NCBI GenBank assembly: GCA_036231405.1 | Contig: JAZAHK010000032.1 | Span: forward strand, 1-34,442 | Origin: Nitrospinota bacterium | Lineage (GTDB): Bacteria; UBA8248 | Direction of reading: 5' to 3' | Length of the DNA: 34,442 nt | Shown: positions 17,117-26,651 of the stretch, one piece after another | Numbering within the stretch: the first letter of the stretch is position 1 | How the letters are laid out: each line of letters starts with the position of its first letter | Notes under the pieces: generated by a model | Database searches by the model: none | What the model was told of the DNA's origin: nothing | What the model saw: the letters and a program-made list of their open reading frames with translations, nothing else | Program-made: the position numbers and the translations under genes

Positions 17117-17788
17117 TTGTTTAGTCCAACAAGAATAAATAAACCCAAATCCTTAAGTAAAATTGTTGTTGAGAAAATCAAAGATTCTATTCTAAATGGT
17201 AGTCTCAAGCCCGGTACAAAATTAATTGAGACACAATTGACAAATTCGTTGGGAGTAAGTCGAACTCCGCTTAGAGAAGCTTTTCGGGAACTTGCTGTGG
17301 AAGGCTATATCATTATTTATCCTCATAAGGGTGCCTTTGTAACAAAAATAACCAAAGAAGAAATAAAAGATCTTTATATGATTACTAGCGTACTAGAAGG
17401 GTTAGCAACAAGATTAGCAACACCCCTCTTGACTCTCGGGAAAAACAGGAAACATTTAGAGAAATTATTAGAAGAACTAAGAATTTTCGAACAATCTAGT
17501 GAAGTTAGTAAATACTGGGAAACCAATCAATTGTTCCACCAATTTATCACTAATTCATGTAAAAACGAAAAATTAAAAATTGTTATCAATAATCTTCGCA
17601 GACAAATTTTAAAAACGAGAATCATAACTTTACAAGTTCCTGGGAGATTAACCTCATCGATGGAAGAACATGAAAAAATACTTGAATTCATTCTTAAAAA
17701 TGAAGGAGGGAAGGCAGAGAAAATGGTTATTAAGCACCTCGAATTGCAAGGGAAAATTCTGTACGACTTAACCGACAAACCTGAGTAA
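17117..17788 (+). CDS. GntR family transcriptional regulator (FadR subfamily, FCD domain)
   Basis: LKPGTKLIE..L...LGVSRTPLREA wHTH; LEGLA, NQLFH, EEHEKI, H ligands; TTG start behind AAGGA. Confidence 0.93.
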   Translation: MFSPTRINKPKSLSKIVVEKIKDSILNGSLKPGTKLIETQLTNSLGVSRTPLREAFRELAVEGYIIIYPHKGAFVTKITKEEIKDLYMITSVLEGLATRLATPLLTLGKNRKHLEKLLEELRIFEQSSEVSKYWETNQLFHQFITNSCKNEKLKIVINNLRRQILKTRIITLQVPGRLTSSMEEHEKILEFILKNEGGKAEKMVIKHLELQGKILYDLTDKPE

Positions 17789-17803
17789 AATTTTATTTAA
17801 AAA

Positions 17804-18211
17804 CTAAGACTTCATAATGAATGTGCTTCGTGCCTCTGCAACCAATTTTTCATCCTTAATTCTAAATCCCAGTCCACGCAAGAAAACAAATGATTTTTTT
17901 TTGTTTTCTACAAACCCTTCAAATCTTAATGGAGTAAAAATTTCGACTGGAGACCTGTAGCGAATTTCACTCCTTGCAGAATAACATTTAACACCATTCA
18001 GAAACAAACAATTCGCCATGACATCATCTAAAATTGAAAAAAGGATTCCTCCATGAAGGATATTGTCGTAACCCTGATGTCTTTTATCTGGAGTAAATTC
18101 AGCTCTACATACCTTCCCATCCAAGCTGAATTTGATTCGTAAACCAAAAGAATTATTTGAACCACAAACAAAACAATTATCAGCCATTCCTATTGTATTC
18201 TGAACATTCAT
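17804..18211 (-). CDS. PaaI-like hotdog-fold acyl-CoA thioesterase
   Basis: CFVCG..N..GL, HQGY..ILHGG.....LDDVM, IRYRSPV; start uncertain (18223, 18211 or 18187). Confidence 0.85.
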   Translation of the reverse strand: MNVQNTIGMADNCFVCGSNNSFGLRIKFSLDGKVCRAEFTPDKRHQGYDNILHGGILFSILDDVMANCLFLNGVKCYSARSEIRYRSPVEIFTPLRFEGFVENKKKSFVFLRGLGFRIKDEKLVAEARSTFIMKS

Positions 18212-18221
18212 ATTTTTGACC

Positions 18222-18252
18222 AAAAAAAGGGAGAGACATTTTTGCCTCTCCC
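18222..18252 (-). terminator. Rho-independent terminator of the ribosomal protein cluster
   Basis: Minus strand GGGAGAGGCA-AAAA-TGTCTCTCCC (10-bp stem, one G-U) followed by T7, 18 nt after the rplQ stop. Confidence 0.9.
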
Positions 18253-18270
18253 GTATAAAAATTTTAAAAA

Positions 18271-18693
18271 TTAAGAATCTGTTTTATTCTCTTCTTTTTT
18301 CTGACGTATTTCCCTCCTTGCATCTTCTCGACTTGTATCTCTGTCAACTAATTCTAGAATCGCCATATCCGCAGCATCACCTGGACGTGGAGGTAATTTC
18401 AAAATGCGTGTATAACCTCCGGGTCTATTCAAATATCTAGGGCCTATAACTTCCATAATCTTTTTCACAGAAGATGAAGTCCTTAACATTCCTGCAATTC
18501 TTCTTCGTGCATGAAGAGAGTTCCTCTTACTTGTAGTAACGAGTTTTTCAAAATGTCGTCTAATCTCCTTAGCTTTCGGCAGGGTTGTCCTAATACGCTC
18601 TTCTTCAACAAGAGAAGTCATCATATTACGGGTCATAGCTATCCGGTGTTCTGTCGTTCTACTAAGTCTTCGACCACTTTTCCTATGCCGCAT
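18271..18693 (-). CDS. rplQ: 50S ribosomal protein L17
   Basis: MRHRKSGRRLSR, TTLPKAKE, RPGGYTRILK, GDAA. Confidence 0.98.
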   Translation of the reverse strand: MRHRKSGRRLSRTTEHRIAMTRNMMTSLVEEERIRTTLPKAKEIRRHFEKLVTTSKRNSLHARRRIAGMLRTSSSVKKIMEVIGPRYLNRPGGYTRILKLPPRPGDAADMAILELVDRDTSREDARREIRQKKEENKTDS

Positions 18694-18704
18694 CTTTCTT
18701 CCCC

Positions 18705-19721
18705 CTAGGAATCTTCCTTATTTTTTTCAATGTCTTCTGCAACTAAATCTAGATCACTTAAATTCATTCCAAAAGATAATCCCATTGAAGACAATATATG
18801 ACGAATTTCAGTCAAACTTTTTCTTCCAAAATTTCTTGTTTTTAGCATCTCACTCTCAGTCTTTGAAACAAGTTCACCCAAAGTCTGAATTCTTGCCGCC
18901 TTCAAACAGTTATAACTCCTTACAGTTAGTTCTAACTCTTCTATGCTGCCATTCAATGTACCTATTAGGTCATTATGAGGCTCTTCAACCAAAATCACTT
19001 CTGGTTCTTCTTCTTCTTCTTCGAAATTTATAAAAATGGACAAATTGTCCTTTAGAATCTTGGCAGAATGTGCGAGAGCATCGTCCGGAGAAACAGAACC
19101 GTCAGTTTCAACATCCAAAATTAAACTATCATAATCGGTATTTTCTTCTACCCGAGTTTTTTCCACCTTATAAGAACAACTTCTAATTGGAGAGAAAATA
19201 GAATCTATAGGTATGAACATGGGGCCATATTCATCAACCAGTTTTCTTTCTGCTGGGACATACCCTTTTCCAGCATCAATAATTAACTCTATATCCAAGA
19301 CAGCATCATCATTTAAAGTGGCAATTTTATGATCTGGATTTAAAATAGAAACTCCTTGAATTGTCTGAATATCCCCTGCTTTAAATTCTCCACTTGTACC
19401 ATCACTCTTGTAAGAAAGACGAATTGGCAATTCAGTACTTTCAGCTTTTATGACAACCCCTTTTAAATTCAAAATTATATTAGTAACATCCTCTACCACT
19501 CCGGGTACAGTAGAAAATTCGTGATACACTCCCTCAATTCTAATCGCAGTGATTGCAGCACCCTTAATAGAGGAAAGCATAATTCGTCTTATTGCATTAC
19601 CAAGAGTCAAGCCAAATCCTCTTTCTAGAGGTTCTGCAGTAAAACGGCCATACTCACTAGTCAAAGATTCTCTATCAAAACTTAGAGAATCAGGCTTAAC
19701 TAAATTCGCGAGAAAATTCAT
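18705..19721 (-). CDS. rpoA: RNA polymerase alpha subunit
   Basis: [34 protein letters not shown]. Confidence 0.98.
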   Translation of the reverse strand: MNFLANLVKPDSLSFDRESLTSEYGRFTAEPLERGFGLTLGNAIRRIMLSSIKGAAITAIRIEGVYHEFSTVPGVVEDVTNIILNLKGVVIKAESTELPIRLSYKSDGTSGEFKAGDIQTIQGVSILNPDHKIATLNDDAVLDIELIIDAGKGYVPAERKLVDEYGPMFIPIDSIFSPIRSCSYKVEKTRVEENTDYDSLILDVETDGSVSPDDALAHSAKILKDNLSIFINFEEEEEEPEVILVEEPHNDLIGTLNGSIEELELTVRSYNCLKAARIQTLGELVSKTESEMLKTRNFGRKSLTEIRHILSSMGLSFGMNLSDLDLVAEDIEKNKEDS

Positions 19722-19775
19722 TTAATACCTCCGTCCGTCTATTGGATTACAATAGGAAAATAAAACTTTAAAAAA

Positions 19776-20177
19776 TTAAACCCTTCTGCATTTTCTAGGA
19801 CGACATCCATTATGCGGAATTGGTGTGACATCACGTATTAAACTTACTTCTAAACCTGTTGCAACTAAAGACCTTATAGCAGCTTCCCTGCCAGCACCGG
19901 GTCCACTTACATATACTTCAACCGAAGTAACCCCGAGATCTAGAGCCTTTTTCGCAACTTCCGCGGCGGCCATCTGCGCAGCAAATGGAGTACTTTTACG
20001 AGACCCCTTGAACCCCTGTCCTCCAGCAGTGGACCAGCAAACCACATTCCCAGAATTATCGGAAATCGATATTATTGTGTTATTGAAACTAGCATTTATA
20101 TGTGCTTGCCCTGCTCCGACAGATCTTCTCTCTCTCCGTCTTCTTCCAAACCTTTTCCCCTTAGGACTCTGTGCCAA
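19776..20177 (-). CDS. rpsK: 30S ribosomal protein S11
   Basis: [35 protein letters not shown] start behind AAGGAG. Confidence 0.98.
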   Translation of the reverse strand: MAQSPKGKRFGRRRRERRSVGAGQAHINASFNNTIISISDNSGNVVCWSTAGGQGFKGSRKSTPFAAQMAAAEVAKKALDLGVTSVEVYVSGPGAGREAAIRSLVATGLEVSLIRDVTPIPHNGCRPRKCRRV

Positions 20178-20215
20178 AAGAATTCTCCTTGCCAGTTTTT
20201 AATTCAAAAAATATT

Positions 20216-20590
20216 TCACTCAACTTTTTTCTTTGCTCCGACCGTTTTTCTTGGTCCTTTCCTAGTTCGCGCATTTGTATGAGTTCTTTGTCCTCTTACC
20301 GGAAGACCGCGCCTATGACGCAATCCTCTATAAGTTCCTAAATCCATCAACCTCTTAATATTCATTGAAACTGTATTGCGCAGATCACCTTCTACTAAAT
20401 ATTCTCTCTCAATAACATCTCTAAGATTTTGCAACTGATCTTCTGTCAAGTCTTTAACCTTGGAAAGTGAATCTATATTAACATCTTTAACAATTTTGTC
20501 CGCAGCACTTCTTCCTATGCCATAAATACTGGTCAAAGCAATATTTACATTCTTTTCGTTTGGAATATCAACACCAGCAACACGAGCCAT
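20216..20590 (-). CDS. rpsM: 30S ribosomal protein S13
   Basis: [35 protein letters not shown]. Confidence 0.98.
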   Translation of the reverse strand: MARVAGVDIPNEKNVNIALTSIYGIGRSAADKIVKDVNIDSLSKVKDLTEDQLQNLRDVIEREYLVEGDLRNTVSMNIKRLMDLGTYRGLRHRRGLPVRGQRTHTNARTRKGPRKTVGAKKKVE

Positions 20591-20616
20591 AAAATTTTAT
20601 CTCCTATTAAATACTT

Positions 20617-20730
20617 CTACCCCTGTCTTTGTTTATGCTTTGGCTGAACACAAATCACACGAACAACCCCACGCCTTCTAATAATTTTACACTTGTCACA
20701 CATTCTTTTAACAGAACTTCTCACTTTCAT
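20617..20730 (-). CDS. rpmJ: 50S ribosomal protein L36 (not in ORF track)
   Basis: Manual translation [37 protein letters not shown] (37 aa); canonical position between infA and rpsM. Confidence 0.97.
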   Translation of the reverse strand: MKVRSSVKRMCDKCKIIRRRGVVRVICVQPKHKQRQG

Positions 20731-20746
20731 AAAATTCCCTTCTTAT

Positions 20747-21028
20747 CTACTTATATCTACTTGTAATACGACCCCTAGTGAGATCATATGGAGAAAGTTC
20801 AACTCTTACCTTGTCACCCGGCAAAATACGAATGAAATGCATTCTCATTTTCCCTGAAATATGTCCTAGCACTTTATGTCCATTTTCTAATTCAACTCTA
20901 AACATCGCATTTGGTAAAGGCTCTAGAACGACTCCACCCACTTCTATTACATCTTCTTTAGGTTTGCGTTCTTCGACCTCTACATTTTCTTTTTTCTTTT
21001 TGCTTCTTCTTCCTGATTGCCTAGGCAT
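20747..21028 (-). CDS. infA: Translation initiation factor IF-1 with N-terminal extension
   Basis: [48 protein letters not shown]. Confidence 0.97.
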   Translation of the reverse strand: MPRQSGRRSKKKKENVEVEERKPKEDVIEVGGVVLEPLPNAMFRVELENGHKVLGHISGKMRMHFIRILPGDKVRVELSPYDLTRGRITSRYK

Positions 21029-21776
21029 CTATAACACTCAAAATATCTGGACCTCTCTCAGTGATAGCAATCGAATGCTCAAAATGTGAGGACAATTTCA
21101 AATCCTCTGTAATAACCGTCCACTTATCTTCCAAAACTTTTACTTTCTCGGTTCCCTGATTCAACATTGGTTCTATTGCTAATACCATACCTACCTTAAG
21201 CTCTGGACCAGTATCCGGAATACCAAAATTTGGGACTTGTGGTTCCTCATGCAATTGAGTCCCAACACCATGCCCCACAAAATTTCTTACCACCGAATAT
21301 CCGTTCTTCTCTGCATTCACTTGTATAACACTTGAAATATCATGTAGCCTATTCCCAGGAACCGCTTCTTTTATACCTAACATCAATGATTCATGGCAAC
21401 AACATAATAATCTCTTAGCTTCATTTGATGCAGAACCAACCTCAAAAGTAACTGCATGGTCGCCAAAATAGCCATTTAAATTGGCTCCAATATCAATGCT
21501 AACAATATCACCATCTAAAAGTTTTCTCACAGATGGGACACCATGTACCACCTGCTCATTAATCGAAGCACAGATTGTATGTTTAAAACCCCTATATCCT
21601 TTAAAAGCAGGCAAAGCACCATTCTCCAGCAAAACCGACTCAGCTATAACATCCAGTTCCAAAGTCGATACACCTGGAGATATCTTAGAACTAACCGCAT
21701 CCATCGCTAAAAGAACAACCCTATTGCTATCCCTCAGTTTCTCAATCTCAGTTGCCGATCGAAGTACAATTGCCAT
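21021..21776 (-). CDS. map: Methionine aminopeptidase type I
   Basis: VVHGVP, DIG...GYFGD, GHGVG..LHEEP, AIEPM, HFEHS; ATG overlaps the adk stop (TAATG). Confidence 0.97.
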   Translation of the reverse strand: MAIVLRSATEIEKLRDSNRVVLLAMDAVSSKISPGVSTLELDVIAESVLLENGALPAFKGYRGFKHTICASINEQVVHGVPSVRKLLDGDIVSIDIGANLNGYFGDHAVTFEVGSASNEAKRLLCCCHESLMLGIKEAVPGNRLHDISSVIQVNAEKNGYSVVRNFVGHGVGTQLHEEPQVPNFGIPDTGPELKVGMVLAIEPMLNQGTEKVKVLEDKWTVITEDLKLSSHFEHSIAITERGPDILSVIDA

Positions 21777-22411
21777 TAAATCCAAACTTCACTTAAAGCT
21801 TCCAAAACCCTCTTGGTTATCTCGTCGGTAGCACCAATCCCGTCTACCTTTAATAATTTTCCCGTCCCACTATAAAACTCTACCAATGGAGATGTGCTCT
21901 CTTGGTAAACTTCAAGACGTTTTACAACTGTTTGTTCTAGATCGTCTTCTCTTACATATAAATTTTCACCACTACAATTACTACATTTCGATGTTTTAGT
22001 CGAGTTTGGAAAAACTGCGCTACAATCCTTGCATGTCAAACGACCGGAAAGACGACTAACCACCTCTTCGTTAGAAACGTCCAATAATAATGCAATGTCA
22101 ACGCTTCCGGATATTTCTTTTTCGAGTGCTTTCCCTTGAGCAAGATTTCTAGGGAACCCATCTAATATATAACCATCCTTACAATCATCCTCAGACAGTC
22201 TTTCTTTCATTAATTCAATTATCAATTGGTCAGAAACAAGTCTTCCCTCATACATTACCTGCTCTACCTTTTTCCCTAGAGAGGTTTTTTCTTGGACAGC
22301 CCTTCTTAACATATCACCCGTTGAGATACGTGGAATTTGATTCTTTTCGCTTATTATTGCTCCCTGAGTTCCCTTTCCAGAACCAGGAGCCCCTAAAAGA
22401 ATAATTTTCAT
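21776..22411 (-). CDS. adk: Adenylate kinase
   Basis: GAPGSGKGTQ P-loop, ISTGDMLR, LDGFPR, Cys4 lid, REDD. Confidence 0.98.
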   Translation of the reverse strand: MKIILLGAPGSGKGTQGAIISEKNQIPRISTGDMLRRAVQEKTSLGKKVEQVMYEGRLVSDQLIIELMKERLSEDDCKDGYILDGFPRNLAQGKALEKEISGSVDIALLLDVSNEEVVSRLSGRLTCKDCSAVFPNSTKTSKCSNCSGENLYVREDDLEQTVVKRLEVYQESTSPLVEFYSGTGKLLKVDGIGATDEITKRVLEALSEVWI

Positions 22412-22413
22412 AA

Positions 22414-23730
22414 CTATCTCCCACGAATCCGGCCACGTTTAAGAAACCCTTCGTAATTTCTCATAACAAGGTGACTCTCAATTTGTCTTTGTGTATCAAC
22501 AGCAACACCCACTACAATAAGCAGAGCAGTTCCGCCAAAATAGAAAGGAACGTTAAACCACTGAACAAGGTAAGTAGGCAATATAACTATCGCACTCAAA
22601 TAAATAGCTCCAAGAAACGTCAAACGGCTCAGAGTTCTGTCTATAAAATCAGCTGTTGGCCTGCCAGGTCTTCGCCCTGGAACAAAACCGCCATATTTTC
22701 TCAAATTCTCAGCAACGTCCATAGGATTAAAAATTATTGCAGTATAAAAATATGCAAAGAAAAAAATTAAAATAATAGTTAACAAAACATAGAACGGGCT
22801 TGGTGGAGTCAACATCGCGCTAAGTTCTTTTAACCATCCAACATTTGAAAACTGCGCTATAGTCGCAGGAAAAAGTATCATAGAACTCGCAAAAATTGGA
22901 GGAATAACTCCAGATGTATTGACCTTAAGAGGCAAGTGTGAGTCCTGCCCCCCAGCCATCTTCCTGCCAACCATTCTTTTGGGATATTGTATTCGAATTC
23001 GACGTTGACCTGCCTCAAACCAAACAACTAACGCAACTACTGCAATCATTAAGACTGTTATAATTATCATGACAAAAGGTTGTATCTCCCCACTGCTTAA
23101 AAGCCTAAAAGTATTCATGATCGCGCCAGGCAAACCAACAACAATTCCAGCAAATATGACAAGTGATATACCATTACCTATGCCACGTTCTGTAATCTGC
23201 TCTCCAAGCCACATAATGAAGGATGTCCCTGCAACCAACGTAAGGACAGTCATCAAACGGAAACTCCATCCAGGTTCTGGAACAATAGCGGCACCTGTTG
23301 GCGAGGTCATCTGCTCAATACCTACTGCAATACCAAAGCCTTGAATTGTAGAAAGAAGAACTGTACCGTATCTTGTATATTGACTAATTTTCTTCCTTCC
23401 AGATTCCCCTTCCTTCTTTAAACGTTCTAAATGAGGCACTACCACGGTTAACAATTCCAGAATAATAGAAGCACTAATATAAGGCATAATACCTAGTGCA
23501 AAAATCGTCAGTTGACTTAGAGCACCACCGGTAAAAAGATCAAAGAACTGCATTATTGTTCCACCACTTCTCGTAAGTTCTGCAAAAAATGCGGAAAGAG
23601 CAACTGTATCGATTCCTGGGGTAGGTATATGAGCACCTATCCTAAAGACCGCCAATAACCCTAAAGTGAACAAAATCCTGCTCTTCAGTTCTGGAATCTG
23701 TAAAATACTTGGGACACGAGATTCTCGCAT
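22414..23730 (-). CDS. secY: Preprotein translocase subunit SecY
   Basis: IFALGIMPYISASII, WLGEQITERGIGNGISL, GVIPPIFASS, PGRRPG, FGGTALLIVVGV. Confidence 0.98.
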   Translation of the reverse strand: MRESRVPSILQIPELKSRILFTLGLLAVFRIGAHIPTPGIDTVALSAFFAELTRSGGTIMQFFDLFTGGALSQLTIFALGIMPYISASIILELLTVVVPHLERLKKEGESGRKKISQYTRYGTVLLSTIQGFGIAVGIEQMTSPTGAAIVPEPGWSFRLMTVLTLVAGTSFIMWLGEQITERGIGNGISLVIFAGIVVGLPGAIMNTFRLLSSGEIQPFVMIIITVLMIAVVALVVWFEAGQRRIRIQYPKRMVGRKMAGGQDSHLPLKVNTSGVIPPIFASSMILFPATIAQFSNVGWLKELSAMLTPPSPFYVLLTIILIFFFAYFYTAIIFNPMDVAENLRKYGGFVPGRRPGRPTADFIDRTLSRLTFLGAIYLSAIVILPTYLVQWFNVPFYFGGTALLIVVGVAVDTQRQIESHLVMRNYEGFLKRGRIRGR

Positions 23731-24254
23731 TAATCAGTCCCCTCCGAAGGTGCATATAAAATTACAATTTCTACGGTACCACCTGCCTCTTCTATTTTCT
23801 TCTTAGCAGACTTACTACAATGTTGAATTTTTAAATGTATTTTTTTCTTTATGTCACCAAAACCTAGAAGTTTTACTCCATCCTTTGATTTTCTAGATGC
23901 AAGGCCCATGCTCAAAAAGTTCTCAAAATTTAAAGTTATGCCGTTTTCCAAACTATCAAGTGTACCAACATTAATTTCAGAATAATGTTTTCTAAATCGA
24001 TTATGAAAACCTCTTTTAGGTAGTCGTCTCTGTAATGGCATTTGTCCACCTTCAAAACCCACTTTCCTACTATATCCAGAACGAGACTGTTGACCTTTCA
24101 CCCCTCTTCCCGAAGTTTTCCCTTTACCAGATCCAGCCCCTCTTCCTACTCTTTTTCTCTTCGAAGTTGAACCAAACTTCCCCTTTAAATTATTTAAAGA
24201 GATAGACCCAGTATTTTCCAGTTTTTCTTTTGTTGAATTTGCCAATTTCTCCAC
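23730..24254 (-). CDS. rplO: 50S ribosomal protein L15
   Basis: RVGRG.GSGKGKTSGRG.KGQ, FEGGQMPLQRRLPKRGF; GTG start uncertain. Confidence 0.96.
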   Translation of the reverse strand: MEKLANSTKEKLENTGSISLNNLKGKFGSTSKRKRVGRGAGSGKGKTSGRGVKGQQSRSGYSRKVGFEGGQMPLQRRLPKRGFHNRFRKHYSEINVGTLDSLENGITLNFENFLSMGLASRKSKDGVKLLGFGDIKKKIHLKIQHCSKSAKKKIEEAGGTVEIVILYAPSEGTD

Positions 24255-24265
24255 TCAAAAGACTG

Positions 24266-24520
24266 TTAAGCCTTTTCCTTTAATGTAATCATGTGTTTAA
24301 CTTTAAAAGTCATTCCGCGTATTTCAGGAGTATCATTTCGAATAACAGATTGATTTATTTTTTTGAGCCCTAATCCACGTAACACTAATTTTTGTTTTGA
24401 GTTAGCGGAAGATACGCTCCTATCAAGAGTCAATTCAACCTCAGCAATTTTCTTTGCCTTTGGTTTTTTAAGGGGTTTCTTTTTTTTCGCCTTGTCTTCA
24501 ACCTTCTCTTGCTCTGTCAT
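24266..24520 (-). CDS. rpmD: 50S ribosomal protein L30 with N-terminal extension
   Basis: LRGLGLKKINQSV...DTPEIRGM..KVKH; lies between rpsE and rplO. Confidence 0.92.
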   Translation of the reverse strand: MTEQEKVEDKAKKKKPLKKPKAKKIAEVELTLDRSVSSANSKQKLVLRGLGLKKINQSVIRNDTPEIRGMTFKVKHMITLKEKA

Positions 24521-24548
24521 TTGTTTTGATACCTTTACAAATAGGATA

Positions 24549-25070
24549 TTATGAAGATGTCTCTTCCAAACCCCTCAGCGCAATGACCTCACCACGCGTT
24601 CTTAATGACATCAATCCATTCATTGTTGCCTTGGCAGAATTATGAGGATTGTTTGTCCCAATACACTTAGTCAAAATATCTCTCACTCCCGCCACATCCA
24701 AGACTGCCCTAACCGGCCCTCCAGCAATGACTCCAGTTCCTCTTCCAGCAGGTTTTAAGAAAACTCTGCCGGCACCATATTTTCCCATCGCTTCGTGAGG
24801 AATAGTCTCTCCATCTAGAGAAACACGAACTATAGAATTCCTTGCTTTCTCTAAAGCCTTTTGGATCGCTTCCGGGACTTCGTTAGCTTTTCCCATACCA
24901 ATTCCTACTTGCCCTTTCCTATCACCAACTGTGACTAGGGCACTAAAACTGAAACGGCGTCCACCCTTAACAACTTTAGCAACTCGATTAATATAAATTA
25001 CTCTATCGATAAATTCTTTATCATTTACATTTTCTTCTTTATTTTCGACCTTTCCATCACCACGTGCCAT
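24549..25070 (-). CDS. rpsE: 30S ribosomal protein S5
   Basis: [24 protein letters not shown]. Confidence 0.98.
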   Translation of the reverse strand: MARGDGKVENKEENVNDKEFIDRVIYINRVAKVVKGGRRFSFSALVTVGDRKGQVGIGMGKANEVPEAIQKALEKARNSIVRVSLDGETIPHEAMGKYGAGRVFLKPAGRGTGVIAGGPVRAVLDVAGVRDILTKCIGTNNPHNSAKATMNGLMSLRTRGEVIALRGLEETSS

Positions 25071-25456
25071 TAAAATTTTACCCCCATTTTTCTTACACCA
25101 TTTGCAAGAGATCGCACTCTTCCATGATAATGGTAACCATTACGATCATATACAATTGATTCTATACCCTTGTCCTTGGCTCTCGTACCTAAAATTTCTC
25201 CCACTAGTTCAGCCCCTTCCCTATTACTCGCTTTTACCTTTGAATCTTTCATTTCTTTAGTTTTCTCTATAAACATATTCTCATTTGATGAAGCGGCTAG
25301 AATAGTTTTCTTCTCCGAATCATCTATTAATTGGCAATAAATATGTTTAGAACTCCTAAAAACGGTCAGTCTAGGCCTTATTGTTTTGCCGACTACCTTT
25401 TTACGAATTCTATCTTTCCTTCTTATCCGAGATTTATGTCTGTTACTTAAACTCAA
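25070..25456 (-). CDS. rplR: 50S ribosomal protein L18
   Basis: [30 protein letters not shown] start. Confidence 0.97.
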   Translation of the reverse strand: MSLSNRHKSRIRRKDRIRKKVVGKTIRPRLTVFRSSKHIYCQLIDDSEKKTILAASSNENMFIEKTKEMKDSKVKASNREGAELVGEILGTRAKDKGIESIVYDRNGYHYHGRVRSLANGVRKMGVKF

Positions 25457-25478
25457 TTATCCATTCCTCAAGAAAGTT

Positions 25479-26024
25479 TTAAACTGCCGTTTTTCCAACT
25501 TTTCTTTTGACATACTCCCCAAGGTACCGAATCCCCTTCCCTTTATAAGGTTCAGGAGGTTTAATACGACGGATCTCTGAGGCAACCCAACCGACGACTT
25601 CTTTATCGATACCTTTGACTTTTATAGTACTTTTTTCCCTATCACTCTCCACTTCAAAATCTATGCCATCAATTGAGTCAACGTTTACTGGGTGTGAAAA
25701 TCCTAAACTAAGAACTAAGCTTTTTCCCTTCAACTCTACCCTATATCCAAGTCCAATCACTTCCAAAACTCTCTCATATCCGTTCAAAACCCCTTCAACC
25801 ATATTAAAAATTAAAGTTCTAGTTAGCCCATGAAGTGATCTATCCGTCTGAGAATCAGATATTCTACTAACCTTTATCTCTTTATCGTGCAATTCAACTT
25901 TAGGTCTTTCATGCAATTCTCTGGTCAGGACACCCTTTGGCCCTTTGACAGTTATAACTCTGCCATCCAAAGTAACCTGAACATTATCTGGTATATTTAT
26001 TGGTTTCAATCCTACACGTGACAA
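25479..26024 (-). CDS. rplF: 50S ribosomal protein L6
   Basis: SRVG..PI, VKGPKG, LGFSHP, PEPYKGKGIRY; TTG start behind GAGGGAG. Confidence 0.98.
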   Translation of the reverse strand: MSRVGLKPINIPDNVQVTLDGRVITVKGPKGVLTRELHERPKVELHDKEIKVSRISDSQTDRSLHGLTRTLIFNMVEGVLNGYERVLEVIGLGYRVELKGKSLVLSLGFSHPVNVDSIDGIDFEVESDREKSTIKVKGIDKEVVGWVASEIRRIKPPEPYKGKGIRYLGEYVKRKVGKTAV

Positions 26025-26036
26025 TGAAATCTCCCT

Positions 26037-26438
26037 CTACCAAACTTCACAAATAACTTCGCCACCCACACCTAAATTTCTAGCTTCATCATCAGTAACT
26101 AAACCTCGTGAGGTGGACAAAATTGCAATACCCATACCATTCAAAACTTTAGGAATTGTACCCTTATTAACATAAACCCTCCTTCCAGGTTTACTAACAC
26201 GCTTTAAATCGTTAAGCACAAGTTTTCCATCCACCTTCTCTAATAATTGGATCGAAATTTCAGTCTGTCCTGTAATACCATCTTTTACTTCATAACTATG
26301 TATGTATCCTTGAGCACGTAGTATGCCAACAATACTCGACTTAATCCGACTACCAGGCACAATCAAATTCAAACGACCCGCTCTAATAGCATTACGGATT
26401 CTCGTCAATAAATCAGCTATAGGATCTGTCATTCCCAT
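26037..26438 (-). CDS. rpsH: 30S ribosomal protein S8
   Basis: TDPIADLLTRIRNA, SKPGRRVY, GVGGEV. Confidence 0.98.
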   Translation of the reverse strand: MGMTDPIADLLTRIRNAIRAGRLNLIVPGSRIKSSIVGILRAQGYIHSYEVKDGITGQTEISIQLLEKVDGKLVLNDLKRVSKPGRRVYVNKGTIPKVLNGMGIAILSTSRGLVTDDEARNLGVGGEVICEVW

Positions 26439-26453
26439 TAAAAAATTTCTCCT

Positions 26454-26639
26454 TTACCAGCTTGACTTCGTAACACCAGGTATCTGGCCTGCTAGGGCCA
26501 ATTCCCGGAAGCAAATTCTACACAACTTAAACTTCCTATAATAACCTCTTGGCCTGCCACACCTTTGACATCTGTTATAAGAACGAACTCCAAATTTTGG
26601 AGTCTTCATTTGCTTTGCAATCAAACTTTGTTTCGCCAC
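26454..26639 (-). CDS. rpsN: 30S ribosomal protein S14 (type Z)
   Basis: RCQRCGRPR...CRICFRE...IPGV.KSSW; GTG start behind GAGGTG. Confidence 0.97.
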   Translation of the reverse strand: MAKQSLIAKQMKTPKFGVRSYNRCQRCGRPRGYYRKFKLCRICFRELALAGQIPGVTKSSW

Positions 26640-26651
26640 AAAACACCTCTT

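Noticed and set aside
20617-26639. Zn-binding (C+) forms of L36 and S14 (and L32)
   Set aside because: These are the ancestral, ordinary forms in the main operons.
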